The notes: a model not told the origin generated them from the sequence alone. 64,000 nucleotides of DNA from Candidatus Avamphibacillus sp. (GCA_035301745.1 DATGTS010000064.1:13317-77316); one strand, 5' to 3'; counted from the first letter of the stretch, positions 51,348 to 62,164 are shown. Made by a program: numbers and translations.

Positions 51348-52397
51348 ATGGAGGAAGGAATTAACAAGCGGAAAACGGAGCATATCAGGCTTTGTCTTCA
51401 TGATAATGTGGAAGGTGTTAATAAATCTACAGGCCTTGAAGGTATTTCATTTATCCATAATGCCCTCCCGGAAATTAACTTTAATGATATTGATCTTGAG
51501 ACGGAATTTTTAAAGAAGAGGGTCAAAGCTCCATTTCTAGTTAGCTCGATGACTGGCGGTTCAAAGCTTGCAGCAGATATTAATCAAAATTTGGCACGAG
51601 CAGCAGAGGAAAAAGGATGGACCATTGCGCTCGGTTCAACAAGAGCATTACTTGAAAGTGATGCTCATCAAGAATCTTTTCTTATCCGAAAACAGGCACC
51701 AACTGTTCCATTAATTGCTAATTTAGGGGCGGTGCAGTTGAATTATGGATATGGTGTTGAAGAAGCGCAGCGTATTGTTGATATGACGGAAGCAGATTCA
51801 CTTGTACTACACTTTAATAGTTTGCAGGAAGTGTTTCAGGATGAAGGGGATTTGAATTTTGATACATTACTTCCTAAAATTGAAAAGTTGACTAAAAACC
51901 TCACTGTCCCTGTTGGGGCTAAGGAAGTTGGCTTTGGTATTGATGGGACTGTTGCTCAGAAATTACATGACGTAGGTATTTCGTATATGGATGTTGCTGG
52001 TGCAGGGGGAACGTCTTGGAGCCAAGTTGAAAAACTACGTTCAGAAGATCCGATGCGAAAAGCTGCCGCAGAAGCGTTTAATAATTGGGGTATTCCAACT
52101 AAAGACTGTATCGTTTCCGTTAAAAGCAAACTAGAAAATGTTCCACTTGTTGCGAGTGGTGGGATGAAAACAGGCGTTGACGCAGCTAAAGCAATTACGA
52201 TTGGCGCAGATGTCATTGGTTTTGCCAGACAGCTTCTAAAAGCAGCCACAGAATCAACAGATGCTGTTATCAACCAAATGAACCAAATTGAATTTGAACT
52301 AAGAACAACCATGTTTGGTATTGGAGCAAAAACATTGAATGAATTAAAAAATACAAATCGAGTAAATGTAATGGGAAGATCTTTAATGGATGAGTAA
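51348..52397 (+). CDS. fni: type 2 isopentenyl-diphosphate delta-isomerase
   Basis: RKTEHI, SMTGG, KEVGFG, GAGGTSW. Confidence 0.95.
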   Translation: MEEGINKRKTEHIRLCLHDNVEGVNKSTGLEGISFIHNALPEINFNDIDLETEFLKKRVKAPFLVSSMTGGSKLAADINQNLARAAEEKGWTIALGSTRALLESDAHQESFLIRKQAPTVPLIANLGAVQLNYGYGVEEAQRIVDMTEADSLVLHFNSLQEVFQDEGDLNFDTLLPKIEKLTKNLTVPVGAKEVGFGIDGTVAQKLHDVGISYMDVAGAGGTSWSQVEKLRSEDPMRKAAAEAFNNWGIPTKDCIVSVKSKLENVPLVASGGMKTGVDAAKAITIGADVIGFARQLLKAATESTDAVINQMNQIEFELRTTMFGIGAKTLNELKNTNRVNVMGRSLMDE

Positions 52398-52553
52398 TCG
52401 TACGTAAATGATCTGGCTAACTCCTTTTATAAAACTGCTTATCAAGAGAAGTGATGATAAGCAGTTTTATTTTGGACATCTTTGAGTAATTTTTTTTAAA
52501 AATAGCAAACTAAACGTAGGAAAAATGAACATTACTAGGGAGGAAGTCATAAA

Positions 52554-53417
52554 ATGGATAAAGAAATACACAATAGTAAGGATTATAAATATATTCCAAT
52601 GACATCAATGGGGAGTGGAGTTGGTCATGAAGTAACAAGTGATGTTTATTATTATACAGATCAAATTGCGAATTTTACTTTTGTTGGGGATCCATCCTCA
52701 GAGAATTGGGTCTTAATTGATGCTGGTTTACCTGAAGGTGCAGGGTCAATTCGAACAGCGATTGTTGAACGGTTTGGAGAGAAAAGTAAACCGAAAGCAA
52801 TTATCTTAACACATGGTCATTTTGATCATGTTGGTGGACTCGTTGATTTAATAGAAGACTGGAATGTTCCTGTTTATGCACATGAACTTGAATTTCCATA
52901 TTTAACTGGAGAAAAAAGTTATCCCGAACCAGACGTTACAGTAGAAGGTGGCATGTTGGCAAAAATATCGGCAATTTATCCAAATGAACCGATTAATATA
53001 GTACCTTATTTGAAACCGTTACCAAAAGATGGAAGTGTTCCAGAAATGCCAGATTGGAAATGGATTCATACTCCAGGTCATTCACCAGGCCATGTCTCCT
53101 TTTTTAGAGAAGGTGACTCGTTTTTAATAGCTGGAGATGCATTTATTAGTGTAAGACAGGATTCTTTCTATAAAGTTTTAATGCAGGATGCAGAAATTAA
53201 TGGACCACCAAGATATTTAACGACTGATTGGGATGCTGCATGGGAATCGGTTAAAAAATTAGAAGCACTCCATCCAAAAATCGCGATCACTGGTCATGGC
53301 CCTCATATGGAAGGAGAAGAATTAGCTGAAGGCCTGAAAAAACTTGTACAAACGTTTGATCAAATAGCTATACCAGATTACGGAAAATATGTAGATGATA
53401 ACGATCAAATTCATTAA
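52554..53417 (+). CDS. MBL-fold metallo-hydrolase (YflN-like)
   Basis: THGHFDH, HTPGHSPGH, AGD, GHG. Confidence 0.9.
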   Translation: MDKEIHNSKDYKYIPMTSMGSGVGHEVTSDVYYYTDQIANFTFVGDPSSENWVLIDAGLPEGAGSIRTAIVERFGEKSKPKAIILTHGHFDHVGGLVDLIEDWNVPVYAHELEFPYLTGEKSYPEPDVTVEGGMLAKISAIYPNEPINIVPYLKPLPKDGSVPEMPDWKWIHTPGHSPGHVSFFREGDSFLIAGDAFISVRQDSFYKVLMQDAEINGPPRYLTTDWDAAWESVKKLEALHPKIAITGHGPHMEGEELAEGLKKLVQTFDQIAIPDYGKYVDDNDQIH

Positions 53418-53536
53418 ACCATGAAGAAATTCGAATCATTATAAAATCCTATAAAAAGTAAAATATGAGCACAAGATTTCCACCCATTCTTTCTGCTATG
53501 CTAAAATAACGGGAAGAAATGCGAGGTGTCTACACA

Positions 53537-54259
53537 ATGAAAATTGAAGTTTGGTCAGATTTTGTTTGCCCGTTTTGTTATATTGGTAAACGTAGATTAG
53601 AACAAGCAATAGAACACTTTGACCATAAAGATAAAATTGTTATTAACTATAAAAGTTATGAATTAAATCCAGATGCCGAAAAATCGCTAAATGAAAGCAT
53701 ACATGAAATCTTAGCAAAAAAATACAATATGCCTATTGAACAAGCGAAGAAAATGAATGATAATGTTGCAAGTCAAGCTAAAGAAGTAGGTTTGGAATAT
53801 AATTTTGATATTATGAAACACGCGAACACCTTTGACGCTCACAGAGTAGCAAAGGTAGCAGCTAAAGAAGGTAAAGAAAATGAAATGGTAGAAAGACTTT
53901 TGAAAGCTTATTTTACAGAAGGAAAGCAAATTAGTGACCATGAAACATTGATAATGCTCGCTAAAGAAGTGGGTCTTGATCCTGGGATTGTTCAAAGCGT
54001 TCTCGAATCAAGAAAGTATTCAGCTTATGTTCGTGACGACGAAGAGCAAGCAGCACAAATCGGTGTTCAAGGTGTCCCGTTCTTTGTTTTCAATGAAAAG
54101 TATGCTGTTTCTGGGGCACATCCCCCCGAGGTATTTAAGGAAGTCCTTGAGAAGGTGTGGCAAGAAGAAAATGAAAACCCAGTCCTTCAAACATTAACGC
54201 CAAAAGGTTCCGAAACATCTTATTGTACGGATGAAGGATGTCAAGGTGACCAGAATTAA
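53537..54259 (+). CDS. DsbA/FrnE family oxidoreductase
   Basis: WSDFVCPFCYIG, GVP, C-terminal C-x4-C. Confidence 0.92.
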   Translation: MKIEVWSDFVCPFCYIGKRRLEQAIEHFDHKDKIVINYKSYELNPDAEKSLNESIHEILAKKYNMPIEQAKKMNDNVASQAKEVGLEYNFDIMKHANTFDAHRVAKVAAKEGKENEMVERLLKAYFTEGKQISDHETLIMLAKEVGLDPGIVQSVLESRKYSAYVRDDEEQAAQIGVQGVPFFVFNEKYAVSGAHPPEVFKEVLEKVWQEENENPVLQTLTPKGSETSYCTDEGCQGDQN

Positions 54260-54349
54260 AGATTAACTTTTAAAACTTATCTCACATAGAGGTAAGTTTT
54301 TTTGTTTTAAAAGTAAAAACGGATACTTACAAAAAAGACCAACTTTTCA

Positions 54350-54449
54350 TTGACGGAATGAATATATATGCTATACTTTAGTTAGTATCTAATTGATAAT
54401 GAATCTCATTCTTAATTAGATTTATTTCTAGATAATAATTATTATTATC
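54350..54449 (+). promoter_or_regulatory. sigmaA promoter with two Fur boxes
   Basis: TTGACG-N16-TATACT with extended -10 TG; TGATAATGAATCTCA 54394-54408; GATAATAATTATTATTATC 54431-54449. Confidence 0.85.
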
Positions 54450-54505
54450 AGGTCTGTAAAATTATAAGAGCCTTAAGGTACGGGCTTCTGTAAGTAGGTT
54501 GACTT

Positions 54506-55459
54506 ATGAAATTACGTTATTTAGTTATAACACTAATTGTGTTATCTGTTGCGTCTATTTTTATTGGTGTTACCGATATTTCACCATTAGATTTATTTCA
54601 ATTGACTGAGGGACAAAAAGAAACCTTGCTCATTAGTCGAATTCCTAGACTTTTTAGTATTTTAATTGCTGGAAGCAGCATGAGTATTTGTGGACTTATT
54701 ATGCAGCAATTAAGTAAGAATAAGTTTGTTTCTCCTACAACGGCAGGTACATTGGATTCAGCTAGACTGGGTATTCTTGTTTCGATGATGCTTTTTACAT
54801 CAGCTAGTACGATTTTAAAAATTACCGTTTCTTTTGCCTTTGCTTTAATTGGAACACTTATTTTTATGCAGATACTTGATAAAATTAAATTTAAAGATGC
54901 TATTTTCATTCCACTCGTTGGCTTAATGTTTGGGAGTATTATTAATTCGGTCTCCACATTTTTTGCCTATAGAAATGATTTGATTCAAAATATGACATCA
55001 TGGCTGCAGGGTGATTTTTCCATGATCATGAGTGGTAATTATGAAATTATGTATATTAGCATTCCAATTTTAATTATAGCCTTTTTTTATGCTAATAAAT
55101 TTACAATTGCAGGCATGGGAGAAGACTTTGCTAAGAGTTTAGGATTAAATTATCGTCAAGTTGTTAATTTAGGGCTCATTATTGTTGCACTTGTTACCGC
55201 ATCTGTTGTGTTATCTATCGGGATGATTCCATTTCTAGGTTTGATTATCCCTAATATCGTAACCATCTATCAAGGTGACCACTTAAAAAAAAGCTTACTA
55301 CATACGGCGGTGCTCGGTGCATTATTTGTTCTCTTCTGTGATATTATTGGAAGAGTGATCATTTATCCATATGAAATTCCAATTAGCTTAACGGTTGGAG
55401 TTATCGGTAGTGGGATATTTGTCTATCTACTATTAAGGAGAAAGAAATATGGGCTATAG
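54506..55459 (+). CDS. yclN: siderophore ABC permease (YclN/FatD type)
   Basis: SRIPR, NKFVSPTTAG, FLGLIIPN. Confidence 0.85.
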   Translation: MKLRYLVITLIVLSVASIFIGVTDISPLDLFQLTEGQKETLLISRIPRLFSILIAGSSMSICGLIMQQLSKNKFVSPTTAGTLDSARLGILVSMMLFTSASTILKITVSFAFALIGTLIFMQILDKIKFKDAIFIPLVGLMFGSIINSVSTFFAYRNDLIQNMTSWLQGDFSMIMSGNYEIMYISIPILIIAFFYANKFTIAGMGEDFAKSLGLNYRQVVNLGLIIVALVTASVVLSIGMIPFLGLIIPNIVTIYQGDHLKKSLLHTAVLGALFVLFCDIIGRVIIYPYEIPISLTVGVIGSGIFVYLLLRRKKYGL

Positions 55460-56399
55460 AAAAAAGACAGTCATCCTTGCCGCCCTTGCTGTTACTTTTG
55501 CAGGCTTATATGTTTTCTATGATCTTAGTGGTAACATAGGTTATATTTTGCCAAGAAGAGTTATAAAAGTGGTTGCTATTATTCTAACAGGTGGAGCGAT
55601 TGCCTTTTCAACAACAATCTTTATGACGATAACAAACAATAGAATACTAACACCGAGTGTTTTAGGACTTGATTCTTTATACTTATTAACCCAAACGGTC
55701 ATTATTTTCGTATTCGGATCCAGGTCTTTAATCATGATGAGCAGTAACTTAAACTACCTAGTGTCTATAGGAATTATGATTTTATTTTCACTCTTGCTTT
55801 ATCGGTTACTGTTTAGAGGGGAAAAAAATAATATTTATTTCCTTCTGCTTATAGGAATGATAGTAGGAACATTTTTTGAAAGTTTTACTTCTTTCATGCA
55901 GGTTCTTATTGATCCAAATGAATTTATGGTTGCCCAGGACCGTATGTTTGCAAGTATTAATAACGTCAATACAGATCTTGTTTATTTATCCATTATTTTA
56001 GTTATTTTCGTGACACTCTATTTCCTGCGTTACTATAAGTATTTAGATGTATTAGCACTTGGAAAAGATATTGCTGTTAATTTAGGGGTTCCGTATAACT
56101 ATGTTGTAAAGCGGTTACTTGTCATCGTCGCAATATTAACAGCTATTGCTACAGCATTAATTGGCCCGATTACATTTTTAGGGCTTCTAGTTGTAAATAT
56201 TGCACATGAGTTTTTAAAAACATTCAAGCATTTTTACTTAATCATTGGTTCGATATTGATAAGTATTATTGCATTACTTGGTGGTCAATTTATCGCGGAG
56301 AGAGTTTTTTCATTTCAAACACCAATAAGCGTCATCATCAACTTTATTGGTGGCATTTATTTCATATATCTTTTACTAAAGGAGAATAAATCATGGTAG
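55449..56399 (+). CDS. yclO: siderophore ABC permease (YclO/FatC type)
   Basis: TNNRILTPSVLGLD, GPITFLGL. Confidence 0.85.
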   Translation: MGYRKKTVILAALAVTFAGLYVFYDLSGNIGYILPRRVIKVVAIILTGGAIAFSTTIFMTITNNRILTPSVLGLDSLYLLTQTVIIFVFGSRSLIMMSSNLNYLVSIGIMILFSLLLYRLLFRGEKNNIYFLLLIGMIVGTFFESFTSFMQVLIDPNEFMVAQDRMFASINNVNTDLVYLSIILVIFVTLYFLRYYKYLDVLALGKDIAVNLGVPYNYVVKRLLVIVAILTAIATALIGPITFLGLLVVNIAHEFLKTFKHFYLIIGSILISIIALLGGQFIAERVFSFQTPISVIINFIGGIYFIYLLLKENKSW

Positions 56400-57148
56400 G
56401 AATTAAAGATGTTTTTAAATCTTATAATCAGAAGAAGGTTATTGACGGTGTTTCCCTTGAAATTGAAAAAGGGACCATTACTTCGTTTATAGGACCGAAT
56501 GGGGCAGGTAAAAGTACATTAATTTCTATGATTAGTCGTTTGATTACAAAAGATGATGGCGAAATTTCGATTGACGGTCGAGATATTATGAAATCAAAAA
56601 ATAATGATTTGGCGAAGAAAGTCTCTATTTTAAAGCAGTCAAATCAAATAAACATGAAATTAACGATTCGTGAATTGGTTTCTTTTGGACGTTTCCCTTA
56701 TTCCCAAGGAAGACTAAAGAATGAGGATTGGGAAAAAGTAGATGAAGCGATTGACTATATGGAACTGCGGGATATGCAGCATAAATATTTAGATGAACTA
56801 AGTGGTGGACAACGACAACGGGCACATATTGCAATGGTTATCGCACAGGATACGGAATATATTCTGCTTGATGAACCATTAAACAATTTAGATATGCGTC
56901 ACTCTGTACAAATTATGAAGACATTACGTCGTCTAGTTGATGAATTAGGAAAAACAATTTTAATTGTTATCCATGATATCAATTTTGCGTCATGCTATTC
57001 AGATCATATTGTTGCTTTAAAAGATGGTAAGATTGTAAAACATGGAAGAACTTGTGACGTGATTGATAAATGTGTATTAAAAGAAATTTATGATATGGAT
57101 ATAGATATAAAACATATTGATAATAAACGGATTTGTGTTTATTTTTGA
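56393..57148 (+). CDS. yclP: siderophore ABC ATP-binding protein (YclP type)
   Basis: GPNGAGKST, LSGGQRQR, LDEPLNNLD. Confidence 0.88.
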   Translation: MVGIKDVFKSYNQKKVIDGVSLEIEKGTITSFIGPNGAGKSTLISMISRLITKDDGEISIDGRDIMKSKNNDLAKKVSILKQSNQINMKLTIRELVSFGRFPYSQGRLKNEDWEKVDEAIDYMELRDMQHKYLDELSGGQRQRAHIAMVIAQDTEYILLDEPLNNLDMRHSVQIMKTLRRLVDELGKTILIVIHDINFASCYSDHIVALKDGKIVKHGRTCDVIDKCVLKEIYDMDIDIKHIDNKRICVYF

Positions 57149-57151
57149 TCG

Positions 57152-57511
57152 CTAGTGCTGCATGAATACATGTATTAAATCGATATGCTTTTATAAAGAA
57201 ATAAAAAGTCCCTTCTATTAGAAAGCCATGGCCGAGGCAGAACTAATAAAAGGAACTCTATGAATCATAGTACCTTACCTGAGTGTATTAGTAAACCAAA
57301 TTGTTTATAGTAGGTTAAATTCACTTCGTTTCATGTTCGTTTTTTAGAGTGTGATCGGTTGATAAGGTAATGTGTTTCAATTTTTTGTTGTGGGAAGGAG
57401 TTTTTAGTAAATAATCATTCGCAGTTTCTCTCATTTTAATAGAGATGGGTGAGTTTGAGATAATCAATTCATAAATATTGAATGTATATATACATATTTA
57501 TGCAGCACTAG
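57152..57511. mobile_element. putative MITE (354 bp) with terminal inverted repeats at a CTAG site
   Basis: CTAGTGCTGCATGAATA...TATTTATGCAGCACTAG (16/17 inverted match); no ORF of 60 aa or more; sits between yclP and yclQ. Confidence 0.65.
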
Positions 57512-57546
57512 TTATTTAAAATAAATATGTAGAGAGGAAGTTTTGT

Positions 57547-58497
57547 ATGCGGAAATATAGTCTGTGGTTGGTTTTCGGGTTAATTGTTCTAGTAATGGGA
57601 GCATGTGGTTCAGCTGAGGATAAAGGCACCCAAAATGATAATTCAAATGAAAAGTCAGAAACCGTTACGATAGAACATGAACTAGGAACAACTGAAGTTC
57701 CAAAAAAACCTGAAAAAGTTGTTGTGTTTGATTTCGGGATTTTAGATACACTTGATAAATTGGGGATAGAAGTTGCAGGGCTTCCGCAAGCGACTATTCC
57801 TTCTTATTTAGATAAATATGCCAGTGATGACTATGAAAACGTAGGAAGTTTGAAAGAGCCGGATTTTGAAAAAATTGCTGAGATTGATCCTGATCTAATT
57901 ATTATTTCCGCTCGACAAGCTTCACTTTATGAGCAGTTCCAGGAAATCACGGAGGCAACGATTGATTTAAGTGTCGATACGACACAGTATATGGATTCAT
58001 TTAAGGAAAACATGGTAACCATTGGTGAAATTTTTGATAAGGAATCCGAAATAGAAGAGGAACTTTCTCAAATAGAGGATTCCATTTCTACTCTACATGA
58101 AAAAGCGGAAACAAGTGAGAAAGATGCTCTTATTATTTTAGCAAATGACGATAAAATCAGTGCCTATGGTCCGAGTTCAAGATTTGGGCTTATTCATGAT
58201 GTTTTTGGTGTGAAAGCGACGGATGAAAATATTGAAGCATCTACACACGGAAAAAATGTTTCTTTTGAATATGTGAAAGAACAAAACCCAAATCTATTAT
58301 ATGTCATCGACCGTGGAGCTGCTATTGGTGGTGAATCATCAGCTAAAACAATTGTTGAAAACCAACTTGTTGAAAATACAAACGCTTATAAAAATGATGA
58401 TATTGTCTATTTAAATGCGGATTATTGGTATTTATCAGGTGGTGGACTTATTTCCGTCCAAGAAATGATAAATGAAGTTGATGCAAGTTTGGAATAA
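57547..58497 (+). CDS. yclQ: siderophore-binding lipoprotein (YclQ/CeuE type)
   Basis: Lipobox MGAC; VGSLKEPDFE, SRFG, HG, WYLSGGGL. Confidence 0.88.
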   Translation: MRKYSLWLVFGLIVLVMGACGSAEDKGTQNDNSNEKSETVTIEHELGTTEVPKKPEKVVVFDFGILDTLDKLGIEVAGLPQATIPSYLDKYASDDYENVGSLKEPDFEKIAEIDPDLIIISARQASLYEQFQEITEATIDLSVDTTQYMDSFKENMVTIGEIFDKESEIEEELSQIEDSISTLHEKAETSEKDALIILANDDKISAYGPSSRFGLIHDVFGVKATDENIEASTHGKNVSFEYVKEQNPNLLYVIDRGAAIGGESSAKTIVENQLVENTNAYKNDDIVYLNADYWYLSGGGLISVQEMINEVDASLE

Positions 58498-58545
58498 AGG
58501 AATTAAAAAAAGGCAATCCTAATGAATGGATTGTCTTTTGTTCTT

Positions 58546-58755
58546 GTCTAGGAAATTATAAAATTTTAAGCCTGGGGATAACTGAGCAACTGGAAAAGCC
58601 ACGTCCGGCGCAAGCCACCCAGCAACTAGCGAGACTTCATTCACCTCCGTACAATAAGTCAACATCGGCTCACTACGTTCGCCGTGTTTCCTTTATCTCC
58701 TACGGCTCAGTCCAGTCCGTACGTTGCTAAACGGGCACCCCGCGCCTTTGTTCTT
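58546..58755. mobile_element. non-autonomous structured repeat element, copy 2
   Basis: Same orientation and length (210 bp) as 25327-25537; located just after the yclQ terminator. Confidence 0.85.
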
Positions 58756-58847
58756 TAAAAATAAAGTATATATAAAATTAATATTTACCAAGGAGCTATT
58801 ATGATATATTGTTGTTAAGATCGCTTTTAATTGAATGGAGGTTCTAC

Positions 58848-59327
58848 ATGAGATTACCACCACGTAATAGAATTGCTCTGGATGCAATCAAAGCATGGAA
58901 AATTACAGCGGCAATCAATGTCATTATATTGTGGTTGTTGACGATAGCAGGGTTTATTTTCTCCAATATATTTCAGTTCTCCTATTGGTTTGCTGGAATT
59001 GCTTTGTTAATTAGCGCATTAAGTACATATCTATTTATTTTTCTATTTCCAAAAATACGCTGGAGACGTTGGCGATATGAAGTGTTTGAGCAGGAAGTAT
59101 ATATTCAACATGGGGTGTTAATCGTTTCACAAACCTTGGTTCCAATGGTTCGTGTTCAGCATGTTGACACGAAGCAAGGACCTATTTTAAAAAAGTTTAA
59201 TTTGGCAAGTGTGACGATTTCTACAGCTGCAACCACCCACGAGATTCCTGCATTACTAGAAGAAGATGCTTCAGATTTAAGGGACCGCATATCAGCATTA
59301 GCAAGGGTGGAAGATGCTGATGTTTGA
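58848..59327 (+). CDS. ydbS: bacterial PH-domain membrane protein YdbS
   Basis: Two TMs, WRYEV, RVQHVD..QGP. Confidence 0.88.
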   Translation: MRLPPRNRIALDAIKAWKITAAINVIILWLLTIAGFIFSNIFQFSYWFAGIALLISALSTYLFIFLFPKIRWRRWRYEVFEQEVYIQHGVLIVSQTLVPMVRVQHVDTKQGPILKKFNLASVTISTAATTHEIPALLEEDASDLRDRISALARVEDADV

Positions 59328-60765
59328 GGAAAAGAGACTTCATCCTGTAACGGTTTTCTTTAACATTCTTCAATTTTTAAAGGAATTTGCACTGCCGATT
59401 ATTATTGGCTTATTTACTTTTCAAGGAAAGGCATTAGGCATTTTTTTATTAATTATTGGAGCAGTTTTCATCCTTATTTTGCCGTTTAGCATTGCTTCTT
59501 GGTATCGATTTACATATCGTGTAGAGGAAGATGAGTTAAGAATTGAACATGGTATTTTTATTCGAAAAAAGCGGTATATTTCTAAAAACCGTATTCAATC
59601 CATTGATTTAACTCAAAGCGTTATCCATCGAATTTTTAAGCTAGTTAAAGTGAAAATTGAAACAGCTAGTAGTGGCGAAGGTGCGGAAGCTTCGTTAAAA
59701 GCAGTTTCTCTTGAGGAGGGGGAATTACTAAGAGCGGAGTTAAAAAATACGTCGAAGGAATTAAGTGACTTTTCATCGGAGGAAGAACAGACTACCTATC
59801 CTTCCGACACCATTACGACCAAAAGATTATTTTTAGCAGGCACCACCTCTGGAAGTATCGGGGTTCTATTAGCTCTTGCAGCCGTTTTCTTTTCACAGAT
59901 TGAACAGTTTATCCCTGAGGACTTCTTTGATGAAACATTAAAGTGGGTGGTTGGTTTAAGTCTTATATTTATCATTGGTTTAGTTAGTATAGTGCTACTG
60001 GTTCTTTATGTATTAGGCATTGCAGGAACAATGATCAAATATGGGAAGTTTACAATTACAAAAAATAAGGATGAGCTTTTTATTACCCGTGGATTACTTG
60101 AGAAAAAGCAAATCACGATTCCTTTAAAGCGAATTCAAGCTGTAGGGATAGAAGAAAGCCTGCTAAGGCAACCATTCGGATTTGCAACCGTTTTTGTTGA
60201 AGTTGCTGGAGGGTCTTTAGAGAAAAATGAAGACTTTTCAACGGTTTTATTCCCGATTTTAAAAAAAGATGAAATGGAACCTTTTTTTAAGAAATATTTA
60301 CCTGGTTACCAAGTGGAAAAGAAAAAACTACGCTCCCTTCCAAAACGAGCGCTTGGTTATTATCTTATTCGCTCCTGTATACCAGCAATCGTGTTAACGG
60401 GAGCTTTGTTTTATTTTTTGCCGGACTTTTTGTTTCTTGCGGGTATATTTTGGTTGTTTAGCTTGCTACAAGGTTTTTTAAAGTGGAAGGATGGTGGGTA
60501 TTGGCTGGAACAAAAGCGATTGAGCCTCCGATTTCGAAGAGGAATTCATCGCACGACAATGAGAATCTATCATCAAAGACTTCAATCGGTTGAAATCAAG
60601 CAGCATCCACTTCATAAGCGTCATAGATTGGCAACGATTCAGATGTCTATTATCGGTATGTTGGGAGGCGGAACTCACTATACCATCAAAGAATTAGAAC
60701 GCGCAGATGCTAATCAAATTTTTGATTGGTATTCCTATCGTAAACGGGCTGATTTTAAAAGGTAA
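59320..60765 (+). CDS. ydbT: bacterial PH-domain membrane protein YdbT
   Basis: RLHP start; repeated bPH_2 motifs (RIQS, RIQA); paired with ydbS. Confidence 0.88.
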   Translation: MFEEKRLHPVTVFFNILQFLKEFALPIIIGLFTFQGKALGIFLLIIGAVFILILPFSIASWYRFTYRVEEDELRIEHGIFIRKKRYISKNRIQSIDLTQSVIHRIFKLVKVKIETASSGEGAEASLKAVSLEEGELLRAELKNTSKELSDFSSEEEQTTYPSDTITTKRLFLAGTTSGSIGVLLALAAVFFSQIEQFIPEDFFDETLKWVVGLSLIFIIGLVSIVLLVLYVLGIAGTMIKYGKFTITKNKDELFITRGLLEKKQITIPLKRIQAVGIEESLLRQPFGFATVFVEVAGGSLEKNEDFSTVLFPILKKDEMEPFFKKYLPGYQVEKKKLRSLPKRALGYYLIRSCIPAIVLTGALFYFLPDFLFLAGIFWLFSLLQGFLKWKDGGYWLEQKRLSLRFRRGIHRTTMRIYHQRLQSVEIKQHPLHKRHRLATIQMSIIGMLGGGTHYTIKELERADANQIFDWYSYRKRADFKR

Positions 60766-60842
60766 ATGAAACCTTCAGATGACAAAAAATCCTGACTCTA
60801 GGCTACAATTAAGTCTTGAGTCAGGCTTTTAGTGTAATAGGA

Positions 60843-61616
60843 CTAAAGGATTCCTACCTTATTAAGAAGTCCGAGAATGATTAAAATTCCAATAGCAATC
60901 CAAAATATTTTCTTTTTTATGTGACTTGGAACCCGTCTTCTCTTCCAGCGATTCGGATCAAAAGAAATCTCACCCTCATTTTGTTTTCTTCGTCTTGGCC
61001 GCAAATGGGAGTAAGGGTCAACATTAGCTAAGACTAGCGGTGCAATGGCCATTCCCCCAATAAATCCAAAAATATGACCAAAAACATTAATATTGGATTG
61101 GACAAAAGTCATTACAAGTCCGATGACAAAAATAACTACAATGATTTGGGAACTTGCCTGGTCAATTAATTCTTTCCGAAAGACAACCATATAAATGTAA
61201 ATTCCAAACAAACCATAAATTGCACCAGACGCGCCAACGTGACTATAAAAAATATCACCTGGACCTAAAAAGTAAGTTGCAAGATTTCCAATTAATCCAG
61301 CACCCATGTATGCTAATATAAACTTTACTTTTCCTAGCATCTGTTCCAGTGCGGGACCAAATAATACAAGGCTAAAAGAGTTAAACAAAACATGCATCAT
61401 CCCGCCATGAAGAAACATTGGAGTGATGAGGCGCCAGTATTCTCCTTGATGAATAAGGAAGTTATTACCTACTCCTTTTAAATAAAGGAATTGACCAATT
61501 GGAAGCTGGAGAAAATCGATAATTAACCACAAACTAAGATATATAATAATAAACCCTGAAACAATTGGGTAAAATTGCATAAATTCTTTAATACTTCTTT
61601 CCGAGCGAATAAACAT
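60843..61616 (-). CDS. rhomboid family intramembrane serine protease (YdcA-like)
   Basis: YWRLITPMFLH, H.LFN, GASGAIYG, GHIFGFIGG. Confidence 0.92.
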   Translation of the reverse strand: MFIRSERSIKEFMQFYPIVSGFIIIYLSLWLIIDFLQLPIGQFLYLKGVGNNFLIHQGEYWRLITPMFLHGGMMHVLFNSFSLVLFGPALEQMLGKVKFILAYMGAGLIGNLATYFLGPGDIFYSHVGASGAIYGLFGIYIYMVVFRKELIDQASSQIIVVIFVIGLVMTFVQSNINVFGHIFGFIGGMAIAPLVLANVDPYSHLRPRRRKQNEGEISFDPNRWKRRRVPSHIKKKIFWIAIGILIILGLLNKVGIL

Positions 61617-61726
61617 TGTTTTCTCTCCTTTAAAGGGAAAATAGGTTTCAATATCCGTACATGATATGATAGTTATAATAGTAATATAATACATTAAATA
61701 ATTAAAATGAATTGAAAGGTATATAC

Positions 61727-62089
61727 ATGATGATTAAAGGAATTGGAATTGACATTATTGAATTAGACCGGATTAAAAGGAATTTACAGAAAAGTGATCG
61801 TTTGGTTCAGCGAATTTTAACAGAACAAGAGAAAGAGTTGTTTTTAAAATTAACTAATGAACGACGTCAAGTGGAATTTTTAGCTGGACGTTTTGCCGCG
61901 AAGGAAGCTTTTGCAAAAGCAACTGGAACTGGAATAGGTAAATTAAGCTTTAAAGATATTTCAATTTTACAAAGTGAAAACGGGAAGCCTTATATATTTG
62001 CTAAAGAATTTGTAAGAATGAATCTCTTCGTTTCTATCAGTCATAGTGAGGAATATGCTGTAGCACAAGTCGTTATTGAAGAAAAGTGA
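61727..62089 (+). CDS. acpS: holo-ACP synthase
   Basis: GIGIDII, AGRFAAKEAFAKA, GKP, SISH. Confidence 0.96.
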   Translation: MMIKGIGIDIIELDRIKRNLQKSDRLVQRILTEQEKELFLKLTNERRQVEFLAGRFAAKEAFAKATGTGIGKLSFKDISILQSENGKPYIFAKEFVRMNLFVSISHSEEYAVAQVVIEEK

Positions 62090-62135
62090 GTTAGCATTAT
62101 TCTTACTTTTCATATGAACTCAAGTAAGTATCTTT

Positions 62136-62164
62136 GCATAATCAATGAGGTTGTCTCATATAGT
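62136..62164 (+). promoter_or_regulatory. sigmaE-like promoter
   Basis: GCATAAT-N14-CATATAGT. Confidence 0.55.
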
